In this document: piece after piece, positions 13,392 to 28,227 of the stretch | How positions within the stretch are numbered: position 1 is the stretch's first letter | Layout of the letters: each line of letters opens with the position of its first letter | NCBI RefSeq assembly: GCF_009914755.1 | Contig: NC_060935.1 | Reading direction: 5' to 3' (one strand) | DNA length: 64,000 nt | DNA from: the human T2T-CHM13v2.0 reference genome, Homo sapiens | Made by a program: the position numbers and the translations under genes | Notes under the pieces: generated by a model | Database searches by the model: none | The model's input: the letters and a program-made list of their open reading frames with translations, nothing else | Told to the model about the DNA's origin: nothing

Positions 13392-14244
13392 AGCCCTGGC
13401 AGGCTCACCGAGGGGAGATTCTGGGAAGGAATCTGGCCTGACCTCTGAGGGTTCAAGGTCCCTCTCAACTGATGTTCAGAGGACTTGATGCTGAGGACAA
13501 CCAATGGGAAAGGCACTGGTGCCCGTAAGCAGGCAGCATTCTCCTGTGTGCTACCTCCCCTGCCTGGCACCTCCCGAGTAGGGGAAGGGGATTTGCCTCT
13601 CAGGAAGTGTTAGGGCACACCCAGACAGAAAATGTCACTTTCATCTATCCCTGAGGACGCAGGGCTGCCATCTCCTGGGCCCCTGGGGCAGCCAGGACCT
13701 CCGTGTCTGTGTCTCTGACACAGGTGAACTGCCCCCTTCCATCCCACCCTCAATGGACAGGCTTCTCTCCTGATCAGCCGCTTCCCCCTGGGGACCAAAT
13801 GTAGTCCCTGCTGTTTTATTTTCACTCTGAATATTATTTTAATTATATAATAATGTGTGTTTCCTGCATAAAACATGGGAAATACAGACAAGCCAAACAA
13901 AACAAATCAAAACAAAGCAAAATGTCCAGTCTCACCTGAGAGCCTATCTGTTCTTCTGGTCTTTTCCTCAGCAGAGACTTCAGTCTAAGACCTCAACTTC
14001 TAGCCACCAACATTAGGCTCTTTTAACCCTCACGGCAGCCCTGTGACTAGTCTAGCATTAATAATTAGGGAACTGAGGCAAAGGGAGATTAAGTGACCTC
14101 CTCACCATCCCCCAGCCAGGAAGCACAGGGCAGGGGCAGGGTGGCCCTAAGCCTATTCCCTCCCTTAGAACCAACATTCTCTACGAAGCCTATGGGGGCA
14201 CTGTACTATTAATATATTGCCTCTCCCTTAAAGAGCCACCTAGA

Positions 14245-14547
<303 letters not shown>

Positions 14548-15460
14548 CTAGGCTGGTCTTCAACATCACTCCTGCCTGCCTTTACCTCTCTGTTCCTACC
14601 TCCAGAAACCCCTGGGAGCTGCCCCTTCCCACCTGCTCTAGGGGCTAGGGAGGGGCCCCTTTAGGGCTCCCCTTCTTGGTTGGGGAGGGCTTTCCATTCT
14701 CCTCCTGGGCCCCCCTCTCCACCAAGGCAGTATCCAGCCCCCAGGGTCCAGACTGAGCTTCCCTCCTACCGCAGGGCAGGGTCAGCTGGTCAACCTGGGT
14801 CCAGCCCTGCCCCTCGGCTTCCCACCTGGGCCCAGCAGTTATTGATGTTCTCAGAGTGGCCTGAGGCAGGGCGAGATCTGGAGTCATCAAAGGAAGATTA
14901 AATTATGCTCCAAGGCAGCCAAGGGGTTGTTTTAGGAAGATTTTCGACTGTGAGGCTTGCAGTGAGCTGGGCTGCCGCCCTGAGCTCCCCCTGTTCGGGG
15001 CATTTGGCCTCTTGGAGATTTTCTGGTTCCTAATTGGCTTGGGTTATCCATCTGTTCCTGTCCTAGTGGAATGTTGTTTAAAGGAGCCTGGTGACTCCCC
15101 GCTGAGGCTGCTGGAGTTAAGCCAGAGTATACATATCTGAACTGCCCAGCCAGGGGCAGCTGCATCCGGGCAGCGCCCCCCAACCCCTAATGGATGTGAT
15201 TGGATTAGTGATATCAGGAATTGTGTGATGCACTTGTTATATGACCTTGGACAAATCACTCTCTCTGTGCCTCTTGTTTCTCTTCATTAGTTAAGTGGCT
15301 TTTTAAAAAAAAGCACCAGAAACCTTTTATTCAAACAATATATTGGGTTCATAAGATCAATGTATAAAGCAGACAATAGAGGTGCTCTGGCTAAAGTGGG
15401 GACTGTGGGTGTGGGGGGATGCTTCAGCTAAAGTGGGAGAGAAAGTGACCAGAAGAGCCC

Positions 15461-15524
15461 TGCCTCCGTCACGCTACCTCTCCCTCCGTCACCCTACCTC
15501 TCCCTCCGTCACCCTTCCTCTCCC
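15461..15524. repeat. Minisatellite, 3 x 20 bp (tccctccgtcaccctacctc)
   Basis: Read directly. Confidence 0.9.
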
Positions 15525-17270
15525 ATCCCACACGCTTCATCCTTCCCTTTGGGATTCTCTGCCCCAGGCAGTCCCTCCCCAAGTCAAATCCACCTTATTG
15601 GGGGATCTATCACTTTTTACATGCTGTGATCCTAAATTCAATATGTTCAAATTAACTTTTTTTTTTTAAAGACACTATAAATTTGGGAAATCTTACATGC
15701 TAGATGCATTTTTAATTTGGGATATGGAAATAGATTTTCTTTCTCTTTTTCTCCTTCCCTCTCTCCCCACTCCCACCCTTCCTCCTCCCACCTTCTCTCT
15801 TTTCATCTTTTCTCTGAACTCTTCCAGGGGCTCCTTTAAGCTGACCTGGGTTCAGTCTCCCCTGTTCTCTGCTGGGTCCTGGCATGGACCTGTGTTTTGA
15901 GCTGGAAGGGCCTATGAAATCATCTAGTCCGACATTCTCATCTTATCTATGGGAAACTGAGGTGCAGGGAGGGGAGCAGCACTGGCCTGATTCCCCGCTT
16001 CCCTGGCACCTCCACACAGTGGACACTCTTTGAAGTCTTAAATTCACTCAGGCAGGGGAGGAGCTATGACAAGTCTTATCTTCAGAAGCAGTAGGTGAGT
16101 CTGGGCATTCTGGACAATTCCAGGTGGCCTCATGGAACTTTCTGTGGGCCATCAACCCTCCTAGCTGCTCACTCATTTGTCTGTCCATCTGCCCATTCAT
16201 CTGTCCATCCGTTCATTCATCCATCCATCCCTCCCTCCATCCAATGTGCGCCATGGGCTTGTATATCTGAGGCCCCGTTCTAGGAGCTATGGTGCCTGCC
16301 CTACCCTCCAGCCTCAGAGGAGGCAGCCACCCAGAAACAATCACAGCATGAAGGAGATGACCTCAATGTCATGGGAGAAGTCCATACATTCCAGGGGTCA
16401 AAGGAGAGGGTAATAATGACCAGGTTTGGGGAATGGGATCAGGGTGGGCTGCCTGGAGAAGGTGGCCTTTACACTGAACTTGGATGTGGAGGGTGGGGAT
16501 CAAAAGATAAAACCGGAGAGGGACCTGCCAACCCAGGGATGTGAGTGTAAGGTGTGTTGGGGGGAAATGGGAGGTAAAATGGATGAAGCAGCTTGGGCAG
16601 AATTTCTCTTCCATCCAGGGTGGTGGCCTTGGTCTCAGGGGCTGGGACATCTCTGCGATAGTCTCAGAGGGGCCGATAATCCCCTGGGCTTCTCTGTCCT
16701 CCTGGGGGTGGGAGTGGGGAAGCTCCTGAGGCTTGTGACCCGTGAGGCTCCAGGGGCTCACCGAGTCACACTCAGTGGTGCCTAGCCTTACTTTGGGCAG
16801 ATTCTGGGTCTCTCACCCATCATGAAACTTCCATGGGGCCATTTGTGCCCCTGCTCCTGCTGTGGCTGCTGCCTGCTGGCTGCCCACTCACCACCCTCTC
16901 CAGGGTGGTTCCAGGCAGTTCTGCAGCACGTGTGGGCCCCTGTCCTGCTCCCCAGACTGCAGTCCCTGGCAGGGATGGCGAGACATTCCGTAAATTCCCA
17001 AGGGCCAGGAGCTATTCCTCTCTGGTGGCTGACTGGGGGCCTCTCAGCCCGTGGCTTCGTCAGTGACTTATTAGGGACTCCAGATTCAGCCCCTGTGCTT
17101 GGGTGGTTCTAACAGATTTGGTGGCCTCTGTATGGTGGTTTCAGGCTTGACCTGCCATGGGATGTCCTCTGCCCTCAAACCCCAATCTCTCTCTCCCTTC
17201 ACAGGCTGATTCTAAAGTTTCCTTTATGGGAGTGAGGCAGTTCAGGGAATGAGGATTCTGCAGGCCTGAA

Positions 17271-17614
<344 letters not shown>

Positions 17615-20229
17615 TAGTGATGCCCGCCTAAGCCTCAGTTTCATCACTTGTAACTGCAAAACGGGGAATAAAACCTACCTATGGGATTGTTGGGGTTTTA
17701 AATAAAAGTGTATAAAGCCTGAGCCCAGTGTTGGGCACACAGTATTTAATTACAGGGTCAGCCCTGAGGGCACAGGCCTCAGCAAGGCCCGACACTCCCA
17801 GAAGAGGAGGAGGAAGAGAGGCCAGAACAGGAGGAGTGTTCTCCAGCTCCTGGGGCACGGGCCGAAAGCCCTTCCATGTGGGTGGGCTTCTTGAGGCCCT
17901 CCCTGGGCCCTTGGAGGCAGCCCTGGCCCAACTAATTCTGGTCAAGCCCATCATGTTGCCAGGCAGCCTGGGTCTCAGCTGCCACCCTAAGTGGCACAGT
18001 GCAGGGACACAGGACGCTCTGAGGGCTGTGCTCCAGCTGCCAGGGCAAGGCTAGGAAATGTCCTCATGGGCAGCTCTGAAGGCACGGTCGGGAGAGTCGC
18101 CCCCTTCTGGTGTGCACCGGAACGGCACCTGTTTCCTCAGGAGGGTGTGGCTGCATTTTGGAGCCCTCGCGCCACCTGGCAAAGATCCCAGCGCAGGGAA
18201 CGGATTATGTGGATCCCGGAGCTTCCTCACACCAGACACCTGCCTAAGAACTGGAGGGCGGGACCCCAGGCTGACGCTCCTTAGCAGCAGGCGGAGGGGA
18301 CACATGCCACTGTCCCCATGTCCCAGCACGGCTTTCTGTTCATCCGATGTCTTAAGCCAGGGTTGGCCAACTCAACTCACGGGGCCAGGTGATGTGGCCA
18401 AGTGAGGTGGGCCAAGTGCCAGCGAAAGGGAGCGCGGGGCCACGGGGAGTTGCAGAGCGCATGTCCAGTCTGAAGGGGGCAGCGGCCCGCTCAGCACCAG
18501 CTGGTGTTGCCATGGGGATATGCAGGCTTCAGTTGCCAGATCTTCAGATATTTTAAAAATAGCTTGAAATCTGGACTTTTGTGTGAAATTTTCCAATTGT
18601 GTAGGCGACCCCTCCTCCCACCTTCTGGAATCCCTTTGTCTTTTCTGCTTGAACCCCCTAAAGGGGTCAACTCCCTCAAGTGATTCCTTGCAGACGAAGG
18701 TAGGATCTCCTCTGATTCGTCCTCACAGTTCCTCCTTGCTGGCCTTCAGGAGTTTATTCACCGAGCAAACATCCAGCACCTGCTCTGGGCTAGGCCTTGT
18801 GCAGAAATGGATTTTGAAGATGGGAGGAAATGGAGAAGACTCAGAGCATTGCTTTGGAGAATGAAGGAAGAATGGAGGGGACAGGTGTCAGGCTCCCTGG
18901 GACACCTTACCACCACTTCCCAATTGGGATCTCCTATCTGAGCTGTGAGGTCTCCTCCCTGTTATGCCATCCATGCTTTGGGTGGAGAGCCTCGTTCCCA
19001 CTCAGCATCTCTTTTCTCATTGTTTCCAAGGCTGGGTCTTTCTTGGCTCCTCAAATCACACCTCCTCCGAGAGGCTTTCCTGGACCATGCTAGCTAGAGC
19101 AGCTTTCTCTATACCAACCGTACACTCTTTATAGCACTCATCACTGTCTGAAATGATACACTTGCTTATTATCTATCTGCCTTCTCCCCACTCAACTATA
19201 AGGCCACAAAGGCAGGGCCTTCCTGAAGGATGTATTGGCTGCTCTCTGAACCCTTGGCAGGAGTTTGTGAGTTTATATTCCCCAGATGCTCTTCAGGCAC
19301 AAAAAGCTAGACTAGAGGTTTTCAACAATGTCCAAAGGGTCTTTAAAACTCTGGAGTCACCGCCATCATCGGTAGTCCTTTTATCTCCACTGGTGTGTCC
19401 ATGGCAGGGCCCTGCTTTCTGCTGTCCTTTGGGGCCCTGGAAATCCCAGATCTGTTTTCAGGAAACATTCTTAGCAGAGGTAGTGCTCTGTCCCAGACCA
19501 CACTTGCTGGGCCTGTTTTCTCGCCTGCAAAAATGGGCAGAATGATAACTGTTGCAAGCTCATAGGGGTGTGAGGAGGGGAGTGCACGTCGTCCTGTGAG
19601 GTGGTAACCCCAAATTCTGTCATGAAGCATGGTGTCCCCTGGGTCCTGGCTGGGAGCTCGGAGCCCATTTTATACCTACCCCCAAGTAGTGCATGTATTC
19701 TGCCTGCCTTATTTCCTGCCCACAGCCCTTGCACAGGCCTGCTCTGCAGTTGGTCTCCCTCAGCATGGCAGAAGAGCTTAATGATAAAGATGGGCTGAGC
19801 TTCCAGGAGCAGACGGCATGGGAGAGAAGTCACAGATGCAAGGGAAGATACTCAGAGCCTGTGAAATCCCCTCAACTGCTCCCCTCCCCCACCAACCTTG
19901 TCCTTGGACTTGCATGTCCCTCCTCGGGAGGGGGATTGGCAGATGAAACTTTATCATGATGAAGGCAAGGGCCAGTCACAGCTGAGCTCCTGCATGTAGA
20001 GGACTCGGCAGCAGGGACCAGTCTGATGATAAAAATGACAGCAACCGTATACATAGCTGCTTGTCAGGGGAGGGAACCTGGTGCTGGGGGTGAGGGCAGG
20101 AGTTCACTGTTGCGTGCATTCGTATCTGCCAACCCAACAGTGTTCAGAATCATAGATGGCTGTTTATCTTGGGCAGGGGGGCACTGGTGGCCCACCCCAG
20201 AGCTCTGATCTCATCTTAGCTTCATCAGT

Positions 20230-21060
20230 GCTGTTGATGAAATTCAGAGAAGTAAAGTTTATCAGGTTTTCAGAGAACCCAAAGCTGGGATACAAGGTGT
20301 CTAAGTAGGAGAACAGAATCAAGATCCAAAGCAGTTGGAAGGTTGAATACTGGGCCTGCTTCCTTCTGGCAATGTAATTTCAGACAAGTCTCATAAAGTT
20401 TTTGAGCCCTGGTTTTCCCATCTGCAAAATGGGGACAATGCCACCGACACTGCAGTGCTGTAAGGGTTAAGAAGACAGCCTACATAGAGCACCCAGCAGA
20501 GGCTGTATGCCTGGCACACAGTAGCCCCTCACTCACTAGTGGCTACGGCTGTGATGAATACCAATGTGAGCTCCTTAGGCCAGGAGCCTTGTCTTTCGTT
20601 CCTGTATTCCTGGTGCCTGGTATGGCGTGGGCACTGAACAAATGTTTGTCAGATGAATGAACAAGATGAATTTGACAGGGATAAATGTCAGTTCCTGGAC
20701 TCGCATCCAAAGACCCAGCTGCACAAGGATGCAGTGGGGGAGAAATGGCTTAGCAACAGCACATGTGAGAAAAGCCGAGGGATTGAAACTGACAGAAATT
20801 CAGTCAACATGAGGTGGCTGCCAAAACCAGCCAGGGCAAACTTGGGTAGCATTATTAGAGGCTGGGTGCTCAGAAGAGGGAGGCCACGGTGGTCAGACCA
20901 GCCTCAAGAGCCACAGACCCTTGTACGTTTCGCCTGTAGGGAGGCTGGCCAACCAGATGAGGTGGGGAAGAGTCCTAAAGACCACATATCATGAGATGCG
21001 GCTGAAGAAACCAGGGCGCTGAGCTTGGAGAAGAGAATCACAAGGCACGTGGTGGCATTC
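20230..21060 (+). mobile_element. L3/CR1 fragments interrupted by MIR and L2 pieces
   Basis: gaatttgacagggataaatgtcagttcctg...agcacatgtgagaaaagcc resembles CR1 RT 3' region. Confidence 0.55.
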
Positions 21061-21533
21061 AGATCTTGCCTCTTCCACTTGCTCTGGACAATCAACAGCT
21101 CCAAGTCCCAGTTTCCTCATCCGTAAAATGTGCAAGCCACAGGTTGGAGGTCACGCCGCTGCTGGAGAAGGGCAGAAATGGGAACCCGAGCCTTACTGGA
21201 CCGGCCCCCCTCCGCCTCCCTCCTGAGCTCTTCAGCACGGAGGTTGTTCACGCTGAGGACAGCTGTCAGGGAAACTGTGGGTGGCCAGAGGCCTCTGTTT
21301 CCATTTTAGGGGTTGGACCAGGATCACAGGGGCAGCTCCTTCCAGCCCTAACCCTTCCTTCTCCTTTCTTCCACTTGTGGCCGATTCTATAGTCTGGGTG
21401 CTTTCCTGGCGGCCAGCTTCCCTCTATTTGCATGGTTTCTGCGTGTAAGATTTTGTGTGCAAAAGGCTGCATCTGTTCCTCTTCTTCCCAGAAACCGCCC
21501 GGTGCCTGCAGTGCGCCCGCCTGGTGTTCCCTC

Positions 21534-21565
21534 TGCTCCCTCTGGTGGCTATAGCGGGTACTGCA
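21534..21565 (-). promoter_or_regulatory. Candidate CTCF site with upstream motif
   Basis: Minus strand TGCAGTACCC-gctata-GCCACCAGAGGGAGCA. Confidence 0.75.
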
Positions 21566-21629
21566 CAGGGCTCAACAGAGCCAACCAGAATAGCGTTGGA
21601 ATCAGACATCTTGGTAAAAGTCCCGGCCC

Positions 21630-22042
21630 TCCATCAACAGATGAATGGATAAGCATAATGTGGTATAACATACAATGGAATATTATTCAGTCTTAAAATG
21701 GAAGGAAACGATGACAACTGGATGAGTCTCAAAAACATTAAGTGAAAATAAGTTGGCACAGAAGGACAAATATTTTATGATTCCATTTATAGGAGGTATA
21801 TAGAACAGGTAGATTCAGAGACAGAAAGTAGAACAGAAGTTACCAGGGGCTCACAGAGGGGGAAAAGGGGAGTTATGGTTTAATGGGTACTGAGTTTCTA
21901 TTCGAGATAATGAAAAATTTCTGGAAATGGATAATAGTCATGGTCACACAACATCGTGAATATACTTAATGCCACTTATTGTACCCTTAAAAATTGTTAA
22001 AATGGTAAATTTTGTGTTGTATATATTTCATTACAATAAAAA
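21630..22042 (+). mobile_element. L1M (L1MB-like) 3' end
   Basis: ccatcaacagatgaatggataa...tacaataaaaa. Confidence 0.8.
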
Positions 22043-22821
22043 GTAATACAATATTCATAACACAAAATTTACCATTTTAAGCATCTTGCTACCTAAGGGC
22101 TGCATGAGCTTCATCAAGTCACTTAGCTTCTCTGGGCCTCTGCTTCCTCATCTGTAAAGTGGGGAGAGCAATACTGCTTACCTCACTGCTACCACCCTGG
22201 TCCAAGCCACCATACTTTCTCACCTGGAGGATTGCAAACTGCCTCCTTGATGGTCTCCCGGCTTCACTTTGGCCCTTCCCAACAAGTCTTTTTCTACTAA
22301 GCAGCCATAACATCTAGAAAACTAGGTTAGATCAGTCACGCTCCTGCTTAAAATTCTCCCCACACTCCTCTTTTTGACCAACAGGATCTGGTCTGTGATC
22401 ACCTCTCCTGCCTCAGTACTTTCTGCCACCTCTCCCTCACCAAGATATTACTCCATGCTCCTTTTGCCTCCAGGCCTTTGGCCTCATTGGTTACCCTGAC
22501 TTGAATGCTGTTCTCCTGATTGTCTTACATTGCCAGGTCATCCTTGTCATCAAGGTCTCATCTCAAATGTCACCTTCTTTTTCTGGGGATTTCATTTCTT
22601 ACCAGCCACTCCAATGTTGCCTTACCTTCTAGCCATACTCTTATCACCTCTGTCTTGTTTGATTTTCTTCATAGCACCTGTCATGATCTGAAATTGTCTT
22701 ATCTCTGTGAAACTGGGTCATTTTATGGGCTGGATTTTGTAGAGTGCAAAGTAGGGTATAGTTTTTATTTTTCTTCTGCCTCCATCCTTGCACTTGCTCT
22801 GTTGCTTCTCTCTCCCCACAT

Positions 22822-23552
<731 letters not shown>

Positions 23553-24182
23553 TGAAAATGTTTCAGCTAAGTATAGTTTACCCATTTTTTTCAGGTATTA
23601 GATCAATTTCAATTTTAGACATTAAAAGTCTGATTCTTTTAGGAGATGTACATTGAAGGATTTAAGAATGAAGAGTCATGGTGTCTGAAGCTTGCTTTCA
23701 AGTGATTTAGCAAGACCATGTATACACACATACACACAATGTTAACAAGTTTTGAATCTAGGTGGTGAATATATAGGTATTTATTATACTATTCTTTCAA
23801 CTTTTCTATATGTTTGAAAATTCTTATAAAATGTTGGGCAAAAAGGAAACTGCTTTTGTCAGGTTAAGAAAATAAACCCAGTCCTATCTAAATAAAAATA
23901 TTTATCTTCCATCCAATATAAAGCTTCTCCTATTCAAGCTGACCAGGCCTGGCTTTCCGCAGTGGGGAAGGTTGGGGGGATGGGCAGCGGGTGTATGGCC
24001 AATGTCCTCACTCTCTCGGATTCACCTCCCCTCCCACTCCTAGCAGCTGCTTCAGCTCCTTCAGGGTCTGGGAAGGGAGGAGGGAGGAAAGGAAGAGGAG
24101 AGGGCTCCTCAGTTGTGCTCTTGTCATCCATGTGGGGTGTACTGCTGGGCTTCCCCCTCCAGGAACTCTGCCCATACCATTG

Positions 24183-24476
24183 TTTTTTTTGTTTTGAGAT
24201 GGAGTCTCACTCTGTCACCCAGGCTGGAGTGCAGTGGTGCAGTTTTGGCTCACTGCAACTTCTGCCTTCTGGGTTCAAGCAATTCTCCTGCCTAGGCCTC
24301 CCTAGAAGCTGGGATTATGGGTGTGCACCACCACACGTGGCTAATTTTTGCAATTTAGTAGAGATGGGGTTTCACCATGTTGGCCAGGCTGGTCTTGAAC
24401 TCCCGACCTCAGGTGATCTGCCCACCTCAGACTTCCAAAGTGCTGGGATTACAGGCGTGAGCCACCGTGCCCGGCC
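24183..24476 (-). mobile_element. AluS
   Basis: Antisense Alu; TSD-like ccca(t/c)accatt. Confidence 0.95.
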
Positions 24477-24613
24477 CCCACACCATTCTTGATGTGAGTG
24501 ATGCCCAGCTGATCTCTCACACTCTGCCCAGTACTACCAAAAAAGCCTCTTTCTGCTGGGGTTGCCTTCTGCTCGCAGGTAGCCTCTTGGGTGAGGTCCC
24601 ATTGAGGGGACAG

Positions 24614-25392
24614 TGTATTAGTCTGTTCTCATGCTGACAATACAGATACCCAAGACTGAGTACTTTATAAAGGAAAGGAGGTTTAATGGACTCGCAGTTC
24701 CACATGGCTGGGGAGGCCTCACAATCATGGTGGAAGATGAAGGAGAAACAAAGTCACATCTTACGTGGTGGCAGGCAAGAGAGGGTGTGTGCAGGGGAAC
24801 TCCCCTTTATAAAACCATCAGATCTTGTGAGACTTATTCACTATCATGAAATCACTATCATGGGAAATGCCCACCCCCATGATTCAGTTACCCCCTACTG
24901 GGTCTCTCCCATGACACGTGGGAATTATGGGAGCTACAATTCAAGATTTGGGTGGGGATAGAGCAAAACCGTATCATTCCACTCCTGGCCCCTCCCAAAT
25001 TTCATGTCCTCACATTTCAAAACCAATCATCCCTTCCCAACAGTCCCCCAAAGTCTTAACTCATTCCAACATTAACTCAAAAGTCCATAGTCCAAAGTCT
25101 CATCTGAGACAAGGCAAGTCCCTTCTGCCTATGAGCCTGTAAAATCAAAAGCAAGTTAGTTATTTCCTAGATAACAGTGGGGGTACAGGAATTGGGTATA
25201 TACACCCATTCCAAATGGGGGGAACTGGCCAGAACAAAGGGGCTACAGGCCCCATGCAAGACCAAAATCCAGCGGGGAAGTCAAATCTTAAAGCTCCAAA
25301 ATGATGTCCTTTGATTCCATGTCTCACATTCAGGCCACACTGATGTGAGAGGTGGGTTCCCATGGCCTTGGGTAGCTCTGCCCTTGTGGCTG
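24614..25392 (-). mobile_element. THE1 LTR (~24614-24976) plus truncated THE1 internal region
   Basis: tgtattagtctgttctcatgctg...; internal ctgtaaaatcaaaagcaagttagtta; ends abruptly. Confidence 0.85.
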
Positions 25393-25478
25393 GGAAAAAA
25401 ACAGGAGCGATCACGTAACATTCCTGAACACCAAGGTATAGTACGGTGGACATTCCTGAGCCCTGCTTGGTCCCTGAT

Positions 25479-25535
25479 GAAGGGATAGGGTTAGTGTTAG
25501 GGTTAGGGTTAGGATTAGGGTTAGGGTTAGGGTTA
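25479..25535 (+). repeat. Interstitial telomeric sequence (TTAGGG)n
   Basis: gaaggg ataggg ttagtg ttaggg ttaggg ttagga ttaggg ttaggg ttaggg tta: 5 perfect and 4 variant hexamers. Confidence 0.9.
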
Positions 25536-25594
25536 CAACGGGCTGGGAGGGGGGCAGGGGTTGGCAGGGCTGCAACTTCTTTTATAGGTTTTCT

Positions 25595-26735
25595 TGGGCA
25601 GAATCAGTTCTGGTTTTCTGCTAGCTTCTGGTGGCTCTGGGCTTTCCTTGACCTCTGGACGCACTCTCTGCGCTCTCCGATCTCTGCCTCTGTGGTCACA
25701 CTGTCTACTCTGCTGTGGGTGGAATCTCCCACTGCCTCACGGTCATAGGACATTTTTCCACTGGACTTAGAGCCCTCTCAGGTAACCAGGATGAGCTCCT
25801 CCCTTCAAAACCCTTAACGTTTTTTACAAAATTAATTAATTAATTTTATTTTTAAAACTTTTATTTCCGTAGGTTTTTGGGGAACAGGTGGTATTTCATG
25901 ACATGAATAAGTTCTGTAGTGGTGATTTGGGAGATTTTGGTGCACTCATCATCCGAGCAGTGTATACTGACCTCTATTTATGGTCTTTTATCCCTCACCT
26001 CCTTCCCACTTTTTCCGTCTGAGTCCCCAAAGTCCATTGTGTCATTCTTATGCCTTTGCATTCTCATAGCTTAGCTCCCACTTATGAGTGAGAACATGTG
26101 ATTTTGGTTTTCCATTCCAGAGTTCCTTCACTTAGAATAATAGTCTCCAGTTCCATCCTGGTTGCTGTGAATGCCATTAATTCATTCCTTTTTATGGCTG
26201 AGTAGTATTCCATTGTATATATGTACCACAGTTTCTTTATCCACTCGTTGATTGATGGGCATTTAGGTTGGTTCCACACTTTTGCAATTGTGAATTGTGC
26301 TGCTGTGAACATGGGTGTGCAGGTATCTTTTTTGTGTAACGACTTCTTTTCCTCTGGGTACCCAGTAGTGGGATTGCTGGATCAAATGGTAGTTCTACTT
26401 TTAGTTCTTTAAGGAATTTCCACACTGTTTTCCATAGCGGCTGTACTAGTTTATATTCCCACCAGCAGTGGAGAAGTGTTGCCTGTTCACTGCATCCACA
26501 CCAACATCTATTATTTTTTGATTTTTTTGATTATGACCATTCTTGCAGGAGTAAGATGGTATCGCTTTGTGGTTTTGATTTGCAGTTCCCTGATGATTAC
26601 TGATGTTGAGGATTTTTTCATATATTTCAAAACCCTTAACTTAATCACATCTTTTATCATTTGCAGTTATATTCCCAGGTGTTGGAGTTTAGGATGAAGA
26701 TGTATCTTTTTGGGAACTGCCTTTCAGTCCACTAC
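25595..26735 (-). mobile_element. Partial MLT1 LTR split by an L1
   Basis: ctagcttctggtggct...aaaacccttaacttaatcacatct...ttcagtccactaca. Confidence 0.6.
25819..26625 (-). mobile_element. 5'-truncated L1 (L1MA-like 3' end)
   Basis: 15-bp TSD ttcaaaacccttaac (25804-25818/26626-26640). Confidence 0.9.
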
Positions 26736-26825
26736 AAGTGGATTTGGAAAGCTAGATTGACCTCGCTCAATTTTGTAAAGGTGGAAGTAGAGAAAGAATG
26801 TGGATGAGGATTGTTTTCTCATTTG

Positions 26826-27356
26826 TCCCAGCAATCCCATTGCTGGGCGAATACCCAGAGGAACAGAAATTATTCTACCATAAAGACACATGCATATGTG
26901 TGTTCACTGCAGCATTGTTCACAATAGCAAAGACATGGAATCAATGTAAATGCCCATTAGTGACGGACTGGGTAAAGAAAAAGTGGTACATATACACCAT
27001 GGAATATTGTGCAGCCATAAAAGAAGAATGAGAGCATGTCCTTTGTAGGAACACGGATAGAGCTGGAGGCCATTATCTTTAGCAAAGTAACACAGGAACA
27101 GGAAGCCAAATATACATGTTCTCATTTGTAGGTGGGAGCTAAATGATGAGAACACATGGACACATGGAGGGGAACAATACACACTGGGGCCTATTGGAGG
27201 GTGGAGGATGGGAGGAGGGAGAGGAGCAGAAAAAAAGTAGCTATTGGGCACTAGGCTTAGTACCTGGGTGATGAAATAATCTGTACAACACACCCTCATG
27301 ACACAATTTTACCTATATAACAAACCTACATTTGTTCGGTTAAAAAAGAAAAAAAA
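26826..27356 (+). mobile_element. 5'-truncated L1P 3' end
   Basis: cccagcaatcccattgctggg...poly-A; TSD-like agaaaga(a/g)tgtggat. Confidence 0.85.
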
Positions 27357-27584
27357 GAAAGAGTGTGGATATGGGAGGAAGCAGGCACCGGGAGAGCCTG
27401 GGGGTGGAGGTTTGCCATGAAGCACACAGACCCAAAGTGTGTGCTTCATCCCTTGTGCTGAAATTGACCCTGACCCTCAGGCTGTTCTCTTAATTTCCAT
27501 GTCATTAGAGGAAAATACAAACTCCAGTCTTCAGAATACCCATTTCCGACCCTGCCACAAAAACTCAGATTCCCGTATGACATC

Positions 27585-28110
27585 TGTCTATTCGTTAGTA
27601 CTGTGTGGCAAATGACTCCCTCCACCAGCCCTGGCTTAGTGATTTAAAACAGCACCTTTGTACTAGCTCACAGTTTCTGTGTGTCAGGATTCTGAACCTG
27701 GCTTAGCTGGAGGTCTCTGGCCCAGGGTCGTTTGTGAGCTGGCAGTCAAGCTGGTGGCTAGACCCAGGGTTTTATCTAAAGCTCTTTTGGGGCAGATGAT
27801 ACAACTTCATGTGGTCATTGTCAGGTTTCAGTCCCTCACTGTGTGGGCCTCTCTGCATGGCTACCTCACAGCATGGCAGCTGGCTTCCTCTGGAGTGAGC
27901 CATGAGAAAGAGGGACTCTGACTCTCAAGATGGAAGCTACAGTCCTTTTATAATGGAATCTCAGGAGTAACAGCTTGTCACTTTTGCTGTTTTCTATTTG
28001 TTAGAAGCAAGGCAGTAAATGCAATCCACACTTAAGAGGGAGGGATTACATAAGGGTTCCAATACCAGGAGGTGGGGATCATTGGGGCACCTTAGAAGCT
28101 GCCTACCACA
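27585..28110 (-). mobile_element. MaLR LTR (MLT1F-like)
   Basis: gctcacagtttctgtgtgtcagga...gaagctgcctaccaca. Confidence 0.65.
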
Positions 28111-28227
28111 GCCCCCAAAGTCTAATATACATAAGACATAAAATGAATTATCTTTAAGGTTAATCATAGATTTATCTCCTAATTTATGATAGTAAACCCA
28201 AACACTGGGGGGCTGTGGGGGAGACGG

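Noticed and set aside
13186-13570. ORFs over the promoter resembling exon-2 alternative frames
   Set aside because: Explained by the 62-bp inverted copy; not a paralogous gene.
23962-24492. 176-aa ORF and similar Alu-derived ORFs elsewhere
   Set aside because: Typical antisense-Alu translations.
25470-25490. CTGATGA next to the telomeric tract as a hammerhead core or C box; also HHV-6 or TERC origin
   Set aside because: No supporting stems, GAAA or D-box geometry found, and no recognisable viral or TERC sequence.
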